The notes below the pieces were generated by a model, which was given only the letters and a program-made list of their open reading frames with translations, searched no databases and had not been told where the DNA came from. The translations under genes were made by a program, and so were the position numbers. Source: Candidatus Methanoperedens sp. (GTDB lineage: Archaea > Halobacteriota > Methanosarcinia > Methanosarcinales > Methanoperedenaceae). Taken from it: a DNA stretch of 32,000 nucleotides. The DNA lies in the NCBI GenBank assembly GCA_027460535.1, contig JAPZAR010000011.1, positions 90,001-122,000 on the forward strand, in the 5' to 3' direction. Every line of letters starts with the position of its first letter. The stretch's first letter is position 1. This document shows positions 17,725 to 26,243 of this stretch, piece after piece.

Positions 17725-19389
17725 TCAATCGCTAACAAGGAATGTATCGGAGTATCTCACTTTTCCATCATAATATTTTATTGTAACATTGATATTTTTC
17801 GCAATGACCGAAGTGACCGCCTGCTGCCTCATGGATGCCACCAGGAACGTTTCAAATATAAACCGCTCTGCAGCGCCAGTGCGTTTGGTTAGATCGTGCC
17901 CGGCAATATACGTCACCAGTCCATTTTCGTACGGTGCCTGTACATACATCAACTGCGGTTCTTTGACGCCGTCAGAGTCGTAATCCGCGTAAACCGGCGC
18001 GTTGGTTGCATTGACTGCAATTCCCAGGATATTAGTGTTGGGGTTCACCTGGCTGCCATTATCGCGCAGTGAAAACGCTGATGTACTGCCCCCTGTCTCT
18101 CCAAAAATCCCAGCTGTATTGTTTGACTGAGCGAGCGGACTGTAAGGCGCTCCGGGGTCTGCAAGTCCTTCTAAAGGCATTGGCGGGGATGTATTAAACG
18201 AGTATGATGCATTGAAAGCTGTGGCATTGTCTAAAAGCCTGATATACGTTTCATCACCTGGTACATGATCTGACTTGCTTATGCCTATAAAGCCATACCA
18301 GGGTTTTGCAGAACCTGCGAAATTCTCAACTGCAGTATCCATGGTATCCGTCGCCTCGCACTGTGCGTGCAGAACACCGCCGTTCGCTACCCATCCAACG
18401 ATCGCAGTTATTACATTTGCCGGCTCCGAAGCCATATTATGATGAGGAATGGTAAGTATGTCGTACTGTGTAAGATTCCCGTTTAATATATCCGGGTCGC
18501 TGAGTGCAGTGTATGGGATCTCTCCATCTGCATAATAATCCGACATTGGGCCCAAATCGCTACTGGGATAAACCGCGACCCTGGGTGCCATGATCATTTT
18601 CACACTCTGGTTGTAAATGATACTCTCATAGAGTTCATGAACTGTGACGCTCTTGTTCTTGGCTTCTGCCAATATCATCTGCCTCTCCGTCGGATCTATG
18701 TCACTTGCTTCGATCAGGAACGGACCACCGGAGTAGTTCCTGTACGTGACGTTACCCACTCCCGTGCTTGAGGCGTTGTCATCTGTGTACAATTTGATGT
18801 AGAAGTCGGGTACAGAACTGTTTACCGGGTTTTGCAGTATGCTCCAAACAGGAATCCGTATACCGCTCAGCCCTGAACTCCCGGTATCATCTGCAATCTT
18901 AAAGACGAGTCCATATGCCTCCATAATGTGTGTCTGGTTATCGTCCATGGGTATGATCAGAGATCTGTCGGAGAATGTATGGTTTTCCGGTGTTATGGAG
19001 TACTTGTTCACTGTAATATTGCTTGCTGTTTTGTTGAACGACACGTTATTCAGTACGACCTCGACCGAAGCACCCCGTGCTGAGTACATTTTTCTTACCG
19101 TATCGTTATACGAATTCATGTAATTTAGAAAATAATTCTTTAACTGTGTCTGATTGTCGGGATCAGCCACTGAGATATTGGAATAGTCTATTGCTTTTAA
19201 TATCTCGGACTCGGTGATTAATCTGAAATCCCTGACATCCTGCTTGGATTCATCAAGCCCTGTAGAGGGCATGTTGGCGGTAAAAATCATGTTGTTCAGG
19301 AGGCTTGTGTAACCTACAACTCCGATAACTATCAAAAAAACTGTCAGCAGCATGAGCTGCCCCTCTTCGTTGGATATTACATCTGCCAC
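17725..19389 (-). CDS. Large pilin-like protein with class III signal-like N-terminus and an unassigned globular domain
   Basis: GTG start at 19389, overlapping the upstream stop by 13 nt. N-terminus MADVISNEEG|QLMLLTVFLIVIGVVGY. 554 aa with about 22 hand-counted N-x-S/T sequons. Confidence 0.6.
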   Translation of the reverse strand: MADVISNEEGQLMLLTVFLIVIGVVGYTSLLNNMIFTANMPSTGLDESKQDVRDFRLITESEILKAIDYSNISVADPDNQTQLKNYFLNYMNSYNDTVRKMYSARGASVEVVLNNVSFNKTASNITVNKYSITPENHTFSDRSLIIPMDDNQTHIMEAYGLVFKIADDTGSSGLSGIRIPVWSILQNPVNSSVPDFYIKLYTDDNASSTGVGNVTYRNYSGGPFLIEASDIDPTERQMILAEAKNKSVTVHELYESIIYNQSVKMIMAPRVAVYPSSDLGPMSDYYADGEIPYTALSDPDILNGNLTQYDILTIPHHNMASEPANVITAIVGWVANGGVLHAQCEATDTMDTAVENFAGSAKPWYGFIGISKSDHVPGDETYIRLLDNATAFNASYSFNTSPPMPLEGLADPGAPYSPLAQSNNTAGIFGETGGSTSAFSLRDNGSQVNPNTNILGIAVNATNAPVYADYDSDGVKEPQLMYVQAPYENGLVTYIAGHDLTKRTGAAERFIFETFLVASMRQQAVTSVIAKNINVTIKYYDGKVRYSDTFLVSD

Positions 19390-19946
19390 ATTATCAGCCT
19401 CACATCTATGATATTGTAAAATTGCGTGCTGGGATTCATATCAGGTATAATGTCGCTAAGTTCGGGATTCAGACTCATATCTTCATCATGCAAAACGAGC
19501 TTTCTGGACACTGTGACTGCATTATCCGAAGGTTTTCCATTCCAGAGCATTGGCTTTGTATAAATGCCCGAGGGTGTGTAGAAAGAAACCTCAAGGTCAT
19601 ATGCAACGCCATTGTCCCCCAGTGCCTCTTTTAGGACATTCAAGGTAACATTTGTTGCCCCCCCTAGAGGACGGACTGCTGCTTGACCGTCAAACTCTGC
19701 TCCCGTCCATCCCACTATGGCCTGTTCCAATGGAGAATTTAAGCTGCCTTCAGGTGCATAGTCAAGGATTGTGAGCAGATCCTGCCCTCGAGTCACAAGT
19801 TCCGCCTCCAACTGCTGATGGGAGGCGGATGATGTGTTCGGTGTCAGCGGTGCTGCCTTCAACACGAAGATGATTACCAGGACCAGCATTAAGGCCGAGG
19901 CAACACCTTCGATGGTGTAAAGCTGGGCACTCTCTCCCCGATTCAT
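19377..19946 (-). CDS. Small pilin-like protein with class III signal peptide
   Basis: ATG 19946 forms an ATGA overlap with the upstream stop (19943-19945). N-terminus MNRGESA|QLYTIEGVASALMLVLVIIF. The track's GTG start at 19952 is an alternative. Confidence 0.6.
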   Translation of the reverse strand: MNRGESAQLYTIEGVASALMLVLVIIFVLKAAPLTPNTSSASHQQLEAELVTRGQDLLTILDYAPEGSLNSPLEQAIVGWTGAEFDGQAAVRPLGGATNVTLNVLKEALGDNGVAYDLEVSFYTPSGIYTKPMLWNGKPSDNAVTVSRKLVLHDEDMSLNPELSDIIPDMNPSTQFYNIIDVRLIMWQM

Positions 19947-20461
19947 AACCACACCTTTACTACAAGCATCAATCGTTTGGAATCCTGCGAAAGGTAGACC
20001 ACACGCATTGTCTGGGCCACATTGGTGTATTCATCCGGCGTTGACCCTACCACAAGGATCGGGTGGGATGAATTTGGATATAAACTGTTATTAAAATAGC
20101 GTAAAGAGATATTTAGGTTGTACTTCAGGTTGCTCGTCACAAGACCCAGTTTGGCCCGTGTACCATCGTATGTCAATGGGTTATTCAGATCAGCGCCAAG
20201 TTGTACGATTTTTGTCTTATCGATGATGTTTGGACTTGATTCACTTACTGCCAGCCCGCTGGTGCTCTCTATGAGTACCATACTGGCCCTATCGGCCATT
20301 GGCTTATTCTCGTTTGAATTGGACTGGAATGGGAGGAATAGACTGGTTAGAATGTTATATAGGAAAAAAAAGGATACCACAAAGATGGAAACGCCTATTA
20401 CGTAATCTAAACTTATCTGGCCATCATCATTTACCAGATTTCTTATCATTATCATAATCAT
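19943..20461 (-). CDS. Small pilin-like protein with class III signal peptide (first gene of the operon)
   Basis: N-terminus M(IMIM)IRNLVNDDG|QISLDYVIGVSIFVVSFFFL. 172 aa. Several adjacent ATGs could serve as the start. Confidence 0.6.
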   Translation of the reverse strand: MIMIMIRNLVNDDGQISLDYVIGVSIFVVSFFFLYNILTSLFLPFQSNSNENKPMADRASMVLIESTSGLAVSESSPNIIDKTKIVQLGADLNNPLTYDGTRAKLGLVTSNLKYNLNISLRYFNNSLYPNSSHPILVVGSTPDEYTNVAQTMRVVYLSQDSKRLMLVVKVWL

Positions 20462-20542
20462 AATAGATTGGTTTTGACTATAATAAAGATTACGTATTCT
20501 TCAGTATTTTGCCGTAAAATATATATTGTTTCATAATATAAT
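20462..20542. promoter_or_regulatory. AT-rich divergent promoter region (pilin-like operon / 20543 gene)
   Basis: An 81-bp spacer. TATA-like TTTATTATA on the minus strand lies about 20-27 nt upstream of ATG 20461. AAAATATATAT on the plus strand (about 20516-20526) lies roughly 20-30 nt upstream of ATG 20543/20558. This suggests short or absent leaders. Confidence 0.4.
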
Positions 20543-21121
20543 ATGTGTAGAATAATCATGGCAAAATCTCTCAACAAGATGGCCTATACAGTGATCCTCA
20601 CCATTGGGATTCTGGTTGCATTAATTGCGGCTGGAATGGCAGTGCTGTACTATTATGGTGAAAGGTATCCCGATTATGGACTTGCTTTAACTGTACAAAA
20701 TGAGTACTCTGTTCCGGTTGAAGTACGAATGATCAACACATCCGAGGGCTATGTGCCTTATATAGTTCCTGGTAACGTCAAGTGGGATTCGGAGCATAAG
20801 AACCTGCTCTATAACCTTTCAAATCCAAAAGAGGCGGCACTGGCAATCGTCGAATCGATTGGAAGCCGGGATCCGCAAGCCCTTGATATCTTAATGACAC
20901 AGAACACTAAGAATGACTGGGCCATGAGAGGCTACAATTCGACGCAGATACTCGAATCATTTCGAAGGGATTTAAAGGATATAGATAAACCTTATGTCTT
21001 CGAGCTTGAACCCGGGGAAGATGACCCGTCCGAGGGCATGCTATCAGTCATTATAAAATGGACCTCAGGTGAGATGCGTTTAGAGCTGAAGAAGCAACCT
21101 GATGGCTCATGGAAAATGTGA
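20543..21121 (+). CDS. Membrane-anchored hypothetical protein
   Basis: An N-terminal TM helix (AYTVILTIGILVALIAAGMAVLYYY) and an extracellular domain ending LELKKQPDGSWKM. The start could be ATG 20558. Confidence 0.5.
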   Translation: MCRIIMAKSLNKMAYTVILTIGILVALIAAGMAVLYYYGERYPDYGLALTVQNEYSVPVEVRMINTSEGYVPYIVPGNVKWDSEHKNLLYNLSNPKEAALAIVESIGSRDPQALDILMTQNTKNDWAMRGYNSTQILESFRRDLKDIDKPYVFELEPGEDDPSEGMLSVIIKWTSGEMRLELKKQPDGSWKM

Positions 21122-21238
21122 ATACAATTCTTTGGCTGTCCGAAAATATTTGTTAAAAAATACGTAGCTATGGCATTGAATACTAAATAAATAGAATTCC
21201 TTTGGGAGTCCGAATATTTCACAGTTGGAGTTATTCTT

Positions 21239-22405
21239 CTAAAAAAGCGTTCTAAAGGCGACTCCGAGCAACCTGACGAGCTGCTTCTTATCTCCGTGGC
21301 TAATGAGCTTCTGCAAAAGGATAGAGGGATGGTCCATGTCACCGTAATCCGTGATTATCTCTCTTATCTCAGGCTTGTTCAGGAATCCTATAAACTCATT
21401 CATATTCTCGTCACTCAATTTCCCGAGGCTCTTGTGAATCCTCATCCCTATGGCAAGTTCCCTTCCAACCGTGTCTCTCCATCTCTTTTCATACTCTTCA
21501 GGGATCGCCTCTTTGCGCGCTGCTCTTGCCGCAACTTCTCCGGCTATCTTTGCACACACAGCGCCCATGTAAACTCCTCCTCCAGATGTGGGCTTCACCT
21601 GACCTGCCGCATCACCCACGAGTAAAACATTATCCTTTGTGGTCCTGTCGGGCGGACCAAGCGGAATGCCTCCAAGAACATATTCTGTCCGCGAACCTCT
21701 GTACCTTTGGGCAATGACAGGATGTTTTAACATTTTTTCAAGATAATACCTGGCCGGGAAATTGTCCGGGTTCTTGGCAAGACCAATACGCGCAAGGCCT
21801 TCAAAAGGGACTGCCCATGCAAAGAATCCGGGAGCCATATCCTTCCCTGTGAATATCTCCACGAACTGAGAATCTCTTGCTATGTATGGGGCTTCGAACT
21901 GTATCCCTGATAAGAATTTCTTGCATCGCCCAAGTCCTGCCGCCCTCCCAACGCTGCTCTGTATCCCGTCAGCCCCGATAACGATGTTCACCTCGATATC
22001 TTGTCGTTCACCATTAGATATCACTTTTATTTTACTCCCTTCCATGCCCACGAAACGCGTCTTTAGAAGTAGCTCTGAGCCTTCGTCAAGCGATCGCTCC
22101 ACGAGTGACCTGTCGAAGATTTTCCTGTCTATAACATACGCTTTCACACCTTTTCCACGAATGCACAGCTCTTCCCCGTTCGGGGCGTACACGAAAGCGC
22201 CTTTCATTCGTGCAAGGATAAAATTCCCCTCTCCTATTTCGCATTCCTTGAGGGCAGCTGTGCTGATCAACCCTGTGCACTCAACCGGTGAGCCGATGCT
22301 GGCATGTTCCTCTATCAGCAGGGTTCTTGCCCCGCAGCGTGAGGCATATTTCGAGGCCATTGCGCCTGCAGGACCTGCGCCAACGACCACGACATCATAT
22401 TTCAT
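21239..22405 (-). CDS. Geranylgeranyl reductase family flavoprotein (digeranylgeranylglycerophospholipid reductase-like)
   Basis: N-terminal FAD motif YDVVVVGAGPAGA...LLIEE, plus GADG and LVGDAAG motifs. 388 aa. Confidence 0.9.
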   Translation of the reverse strand: MKYDVVVVGAGPAGAMASKYASRCGARTLLIEEHASIGSPVECTGLISTAALKECEIGEGNFILARMKGAFVYAPNGEELCIRGKGVKAYVIDRKIFDRSLVERSLDEGSELLLKTRFVGMEGSKIKVISNGERQDIEVNIVIGADGIQSSVGRAAGLGRCKKFLSGIQFEAPYIARDSQFVEIFTGKDMAPGFFAWAVPFEGLARIGLAKNPDNFPARYYLEKMLKHPVIAQRYRGSRTEYVLGGIPLGPPDRTTKDNVLLVGDAAGQVKPTSGGGVYMGAVCAKIAGEVAARAARKEAIPEEYEKRWRDTVGRELAIGMRIHKSLGKLSDENMNEFIGFLNKPEIREIITDYGDMDHPSILLQKLISHGDKKQLVRLLGVAFRTLF

Positions 22406-22480
22406 ATTTTCCCTAATGGTCAGCTGGATAATTAACTCTTAGCAGAAAGCTTTTAAGATTCCCGGACGATATCAAGTACC

Positions 22481-22963
22481 ATGAAGCGTACTTATCATCA
22501 GTTCCCCCAAAAACCCGAGTTTGAACGAAAATATAACTTCAAGGCAGATCTTCCCTATATCGTGACAGTAATGGCAGGGATGGACGGACAATCCGGAACA
22601 TTTGTTACAGATGCCCCTGACCTCAAAGGGAGCACGATAAAAGCAAAGAGATCCATAAATATTGAGATCGCAGATAGAAGCACTGATTTTTATTCGCTCA
22701 ACAAAAATAATCTTGGATCCGTGTTATCTACCGTTGACAACGAAGGAACGATAGATTTCAGGGTAGCTCTCAGGTATTCCTACCTGGATGAAAAATTCGA
22801 CCGGGTACCTTTTAAAGGGGACTCCTACCTTGTCCGCGCCAATCTTGAGAAAGGTGTACTCACGATGAAGGTGCACCATATCGATGGAATGGGCAGGACC
22901 GAATGCGCAAGAATAGCGGATACTATTGTAGATGAGATATTGAGAAAGACACCAAATGTCTGA
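22481..22963 (+). CDS. Conserved hypothetical protein
   Basis: A 160-aa ORF with coding-like composition. It overlaps the next gene by 8 nt. I recognise no family. Confidence 0.45.
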   Translation: MKRTYHQFPQKPEFERKYNFKADLPYIVTVMAGMDGQSGTFVTDAPDLKGSTIKAKRSINIEIADRSTDFYSLNKNNLGSVLSTVDNEGTIDFRVALRYSYLDEKFDRVPFKGDSYLVRANLEKGVLTMKVHHIDGMGRTECARIADTIVDEILRKTPNV

Positions 22964-23429
22964 CCTGGCTTACACGGTTTCAATGCCCTTCAAAATGAAG
23001 GGAAAGGACGAACTGAAAGAGAGTGAGTTCGTGCTTGCACTTGCTATGGATCTGAACTGGTTCAATCCCGAACAGGCAAAAAATATATTGATCAGGGCCG
23101 AAAAAGAAGGACTTCTAAGAAAGGATGGGGAACTGATCCGGCCTTCTTTTGACCTGGCCTCGCTTGAGATCCCTTCCGGATTCAAGCCGCAGGTCAATGT
23201 TTTTGAAAAAAAACCCATATTTGACAGGGTTATTGAGCGCATCGTACTCGGCACAGGTCTGGAAAAAAGAAAAGTGATATCACTCATAAATAAAAAACAC
23301 GAAGATCTCTCCAAGCTGGTTGAAATAGAAGTCAGCGCCATCCTGGTCGCAATGGAACTCGGGATGCTGGTGGATGACCTTATGGAAGAGGAATATATGG
23401 CTTTAACTAAGCCTTTGCCTTCTTCTTAA
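22956..23429 (+). CDS. Conserved archaeal hypothetical protein (possibly DUF2240-like)
   Basis: 157 aa, coupled to the upstream ORF. The family name is a tentative recollection only. Confidence 0.45.
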   Translation: MSDLAYTVSMPFKMKGKDELKESEFVLALAMDLNWFNPEQAKNILIRAEKEGLLRKDGELIRPSFDLASLEIPSGFKPQVNVFEKKPIFDRVIERIVLGTGLEKRKVISLINKKHEDLSKLVEIEVSAILVAMELGMLVDDLMEEEYMALTKPLPSS

Positions 23430-23685
23430 AAAGCTTAATGAATTCCTCACATTCTTTAACCACTTCATTCGACGCCTTCTTGATCACTTCTATGGGGTCG
23501 GCGCCGTCCGTCCTTACAAAAAGCACGGGGTCGCTGATAGTAGTGTGTTTAATATCATATGTTGCGATTTCGACATGCTTGTTGTTAAGCAAAGCGGTCT
23601 TGAGCGCATTTAGAAGAGTGTGCGTCTCCCCTGCGACTTTTATATTGATCTCGTTCTTTGTCTTATTAAGAATTGTAAGTTCCAT
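23407..23685 (-). CDS. rpoL: DNA-directed RNA polymerase subunit L (Rpo11)
   Basis: 92 aa. MELTILNKTKNEINIKVAGETHTLLNALKTALL...VEIATYDIKHTTISDPVLFVRTDG matches the RpoL/Rpb11 pattern. Confidence 0.85.
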   Translation of the reverse strand: MELTILNKTKNEINIKVAGETHTLLNALKTALLNNKHVEIATYDIKHTTISDPVLFVRTDGADPIEVIKKASNEVVKECEEFIKLFKKKAKA

Positions 23686-23693
23686 AAAATCAC

Positions 23694-24506
23694 CTAGATT
23701 ATACCCGTTCCATAGTCCTGGGAAATTTTTCTAGTCTCTATTCTCTTGCATTTAGGACATTTAAGTTTACCTTCTTCGTTTTTCAGCACGGTTCTGCAAT
23801 TTCCACAGTAAGCTTTCATGACCCCCAGGTCCTTGTTCAATGTCGTGAGACGCATGGTCTTAAGGTCTATCACTTTTGCCTTTACAATGTCAAAAGGTGC
23901 AAATTCGTAGTAAAGTTCCTTAACGTAAGCATCCTTGACATTCGAAACATGGATCGCCGCTTGTTCCGCGTTGACTATCTCACGCTCTCCCTTTCCTTTA
24001 ATGCCAGCAATTTCTACCAGCGCGACCGAGTCTTTCACATCAGTTACCTGTCCGATAACGATATCCCCAACCTGAAGGCTGGGGGGGGTATTCGTTACTG
24101 GGAGAACTGAAATGGAACGGTCTCTGGTATTTGTTTTTACCCGTCCTGTTGCCGCGGCATAAATGTTGCCCTTGTCCATGAAAGTGCCGCTCTTTGGTAT
24201 GAACTCTTCAGATGTTCCGATGAGATCACCCGGCAAAACGAGCTTGCTTTCTTCTGGCTTTTCCTCAACTGTTTCCGCCGCTGGCTCTACCGGTTGTTCT
24301 ATCTCTTCCTCACCTTCTTCTATTACTTCCTCTTCTACTACTTCCTCCTCTACCGCTTCCTCTTCCACTACTTCCTCTTCTTTCTCTTCAAATTCTTTTT
24401 CTTCTAATTTCTCAGGCTTTTCTCTTGACTCGCTTTTTCCGAGTTTTCTCCGGCTCGTTTCCTTCCTTCTCTTTATTCGAATAACAATCCCTCTATCTTT
24501 TCTCAA
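23694..24506 (-). CDS. csl4: Exosome RNA-binding subunit Csl4 with about 88-aa charged N-terminal extension
   Basis: The core, from [21 protein letters not shown] through the S1 domain ([20 protein letters not shown]) to the C-terminal zinc ribbon (CGNC...CPKC), is Csl4. ATG 24506 overlaps the upstream gene by 14 nt. Confidence 0.8.
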   Translation of the reverse strand: MRKDRGIVIRIKRRKETSRRKLGKSESREKPEKLEEKEFEEKEEEVVEEEAVEEEVVEEEVIEEGEEEIEQPVEPAAETVEEKPEESKLVLPGDLIGTSEEFIPKSGTFMDKGNIYAAATGRVKTNTRDRSISVLPVTNTPPSLQVGDIVIGQVTDVKDSVALVEIAGIKGKGEREIVNAEQAAIHVSNVKDAYVKELYYEFAPFDIVKAKVIDLKTMRLTTLNKDLGVMKAYCGNCRTVLKNEEGKLKCPKCKRIETRKISQDYGTGII

Positions 24507-25083
24507 TCCTGTATATCTCTACTTTTATGACCTTTATTTCCCTTGTGTGAAATCTGAATGTCCTTTTAATAGGAAAATCGATTAATCGATGCTCTGTTAT
24601 GACCGACGGACTAATGAATTTTCTTATGAATTCCGCACTTCCGGCGTTGTGTATGGAGTAAACCACGCTGCTTGCTTCGAGGGCTTTCCTCAAAAAAGGG
24701 CGGTCGCTTCCTTTCACCTGGGCGCCGAATGGTGGATTCATTACTACTGTATGCGCTTTTCCGCACACTTCATTTATGCGGCTGCATACGAACTCGACAT
24801 CCATTCCGAGTCTTTCTGCATTCGCCCGTGCAATCTCAAGAACGTCTCTATCTTCATCAAAACCTATAACCTTTTCTGCTCCCAGAAGTTTAGCTCCGAT
24901 CGCAAGTATCCCGCTGCCGCACCCCAGGTCATAGACGGTGTCAGTGATATCTCCTTTCATGAACGCAAAATGCAGAAGCTCAGCCGCTACAATCGATGGT
25001 GTTGAGTACTGCTCTTTTGAGGGTTTGGGAGACTTGAAGCCTTCTACCTGTTCGAGAAGCATTTCCAGGTGCTTTCTTCTCAT
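24493..25083 (-). CDS. METTL5/COG2263-type N6-adenine RNA methyltransferase
   Basis: Opens with [25 protein letters not shown]. Motif I is [12 protein letters not shown], and the catalytic NPPF motif is VVMNPPFG. 196 aa. Confidence 0.8.
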   Translation of the reverse strand: MRRKHLEMLLEQVEGFKSPKPSKEQYSTPSIVAAELLHFAFMKGDITDTVYDLGCGSGILAIGAKLLGAEKVIGFDEDRDVLEIARANAERLGMDVEFVCSRINEVCGKAHTVVMNPPFGAQVKGSDRPFLRKALEASSVVYSIHNAGSAEFIRKFISPSVITEHRLIDFPIKRTFRFHTREIKVIKVEIYRIEKR

Positions 25084-25733
25084 AATGCTTTCCTTGCGAT
25101 GAAATGGAGCGCTGGCAGCATGGCCTCCCCGTAAACTTTCACCTGTTTGAAATATAGTCTTGCAGGAGCCTTTATTCCAAACCCTCCCTGTTCCTTTTCT
25201 TTCTTGATCAGGTTCCCGAGCATCAGGAGATGCGATCTTGTGAAATCCCTGGGGATTATTATATCACGTTTTATGGTTTCAACCGTGATGTCGCAAAAGC
25301 CTGATGAGGAAAGCTGCCTGCTTACGATCTCGAAGTCATGGGAGTATAGGGCCCCTGTGCCTTTTAGCAGCTCATTGAAAAAAAGGCTTGAGCGCTGGGC
25401 TTCATTCTGAGGAGACCATAGGAGTACCATGAAGGAGAATATCGCGCCATGACCCAGTACTCTTGCAACTTCTTTTAACACAATTCCGAGCATATCGGAT
25501 GAGACCAGGTCAAGGTAATGGTAGGAAACCACTTCATTGAAAGCACTATCATTGAATGGCAAATTCTCTGGTTTTATGAGAACCGCGTTGGATACTGGTC
25601 TCATTGAGGTTATCCCTGAAACCGCAGATGGAAGTTCTCCGGAAACCATTCCTCCGAGATCCAGCACCCGCGATCCCGGGTTCAGATTTGACCGCTTAAT
25701 GAATTCCTGTCTGTCTCTTGCTGCGTAGGGCAT
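25080..25733 (-). CDS. Methyltransferase-fold protein with degenerate SAM-binding loop
   Basis: A Methyltransf_11-like pattern is present ([36 protein letters not shown]). Motif I reads [11 protein letters not shown] instead of the G-x-G-x-G consensus. It overlaps the next gene by 4 nt. Confidence 0.5.
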   Translation of the reverse strand: MPYAARDRQEFIKRSNLNPGSRVLDLGGMVSGELPSAVSGITSMRPVSNAVLIKPENLPFNDSAFNEVVSYHYLDLVSSDMLGIVLKEVARVLGHGAIFSFMVLLWSPQNEAQRSSLFFNELLKGTGALYSHDFEIVSRQLSSSGFCDITVETIKRDIIIPRDFTRSHLLMLGNLIKKEKEQGGFGIKAPARLYFKQVKVYGEAMLPALHFIARKAL

Positions 25734-25946
25734 AAGCTGGTTATTTCATTATCCTTCAATTATTGCTTTAACTTTGTTATCAATATTCTTTTCTGGTTTT
25801 ATTTCCCTGCGTACGCCTTTATTCAATAGGACCATACTTTTAATTCCTAATTCTCTCTCTTTATTGTATAAATTCCTGTCACATTAACCACTTGTATTAA
25901 AAATAATAGTAATATACTTATGTTATTGTACCATAAATAACATCAA

Positions 25947-26237
25947 ATGCCAATGCAAAAACAAGTGGTCAAACACCCATACATCACAACCGATAAGAGG
26001 ATAAGTAAAGGCAGCCCGATAATAACAGGAACAAGAATCCGCGTATTGGACATAATCATTGAATATGAGTATCTCGGCCATGCTCCTGATGATATTGTCA
26101 ATGCTCACCCCCACCTGATTCTCCCCCAGGTTCATGATGCTCTGTCTTTTTATTATGAACACAGGGAAGAGCTGGACCAGGAAATCAGGCAAAGGAAAGA
26201 TAAAGTAGCAAAACTTCGTAAAAAGTTTACTTCATGA
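25947..26237 (+). CDS. DUF433-family putative antitoxin
   Basis: 96 aa. HPYITTDKRISKGSPIITGTRIRVLDII...DIVNAHPHLILPQVHDALSFY is the typical DUF433 pattern. Confidence 0.75.
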   Translation: MPMQKQVVKHPYITTDKRISKGSPIITGTRIRVLDIIIEYEYLGHAPDDIVNAHPHLILPQVHDALSFYYEHREELDQEIRQRKDKVAKLRKKFTS

Positions 26238-26243
26238 GGATTT

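Noticed and set aside
21882-22442. 186-aa plus-strand ORF
   Set aside because: It is antisense to the geranylgeranyl reductase gene. The Ser/Pro-rich composition is typical of a shadow frame.
24081-24088. G8 homopolymer (C8 on the coding strand) inside csl4
   Set aside because: It could be a slippage or phase-variation site or a sequencing-error hotspot. However, the frame is intact through it (TNTPPSLQ), and csl4 is a core gene, so there is no evidence of switching.
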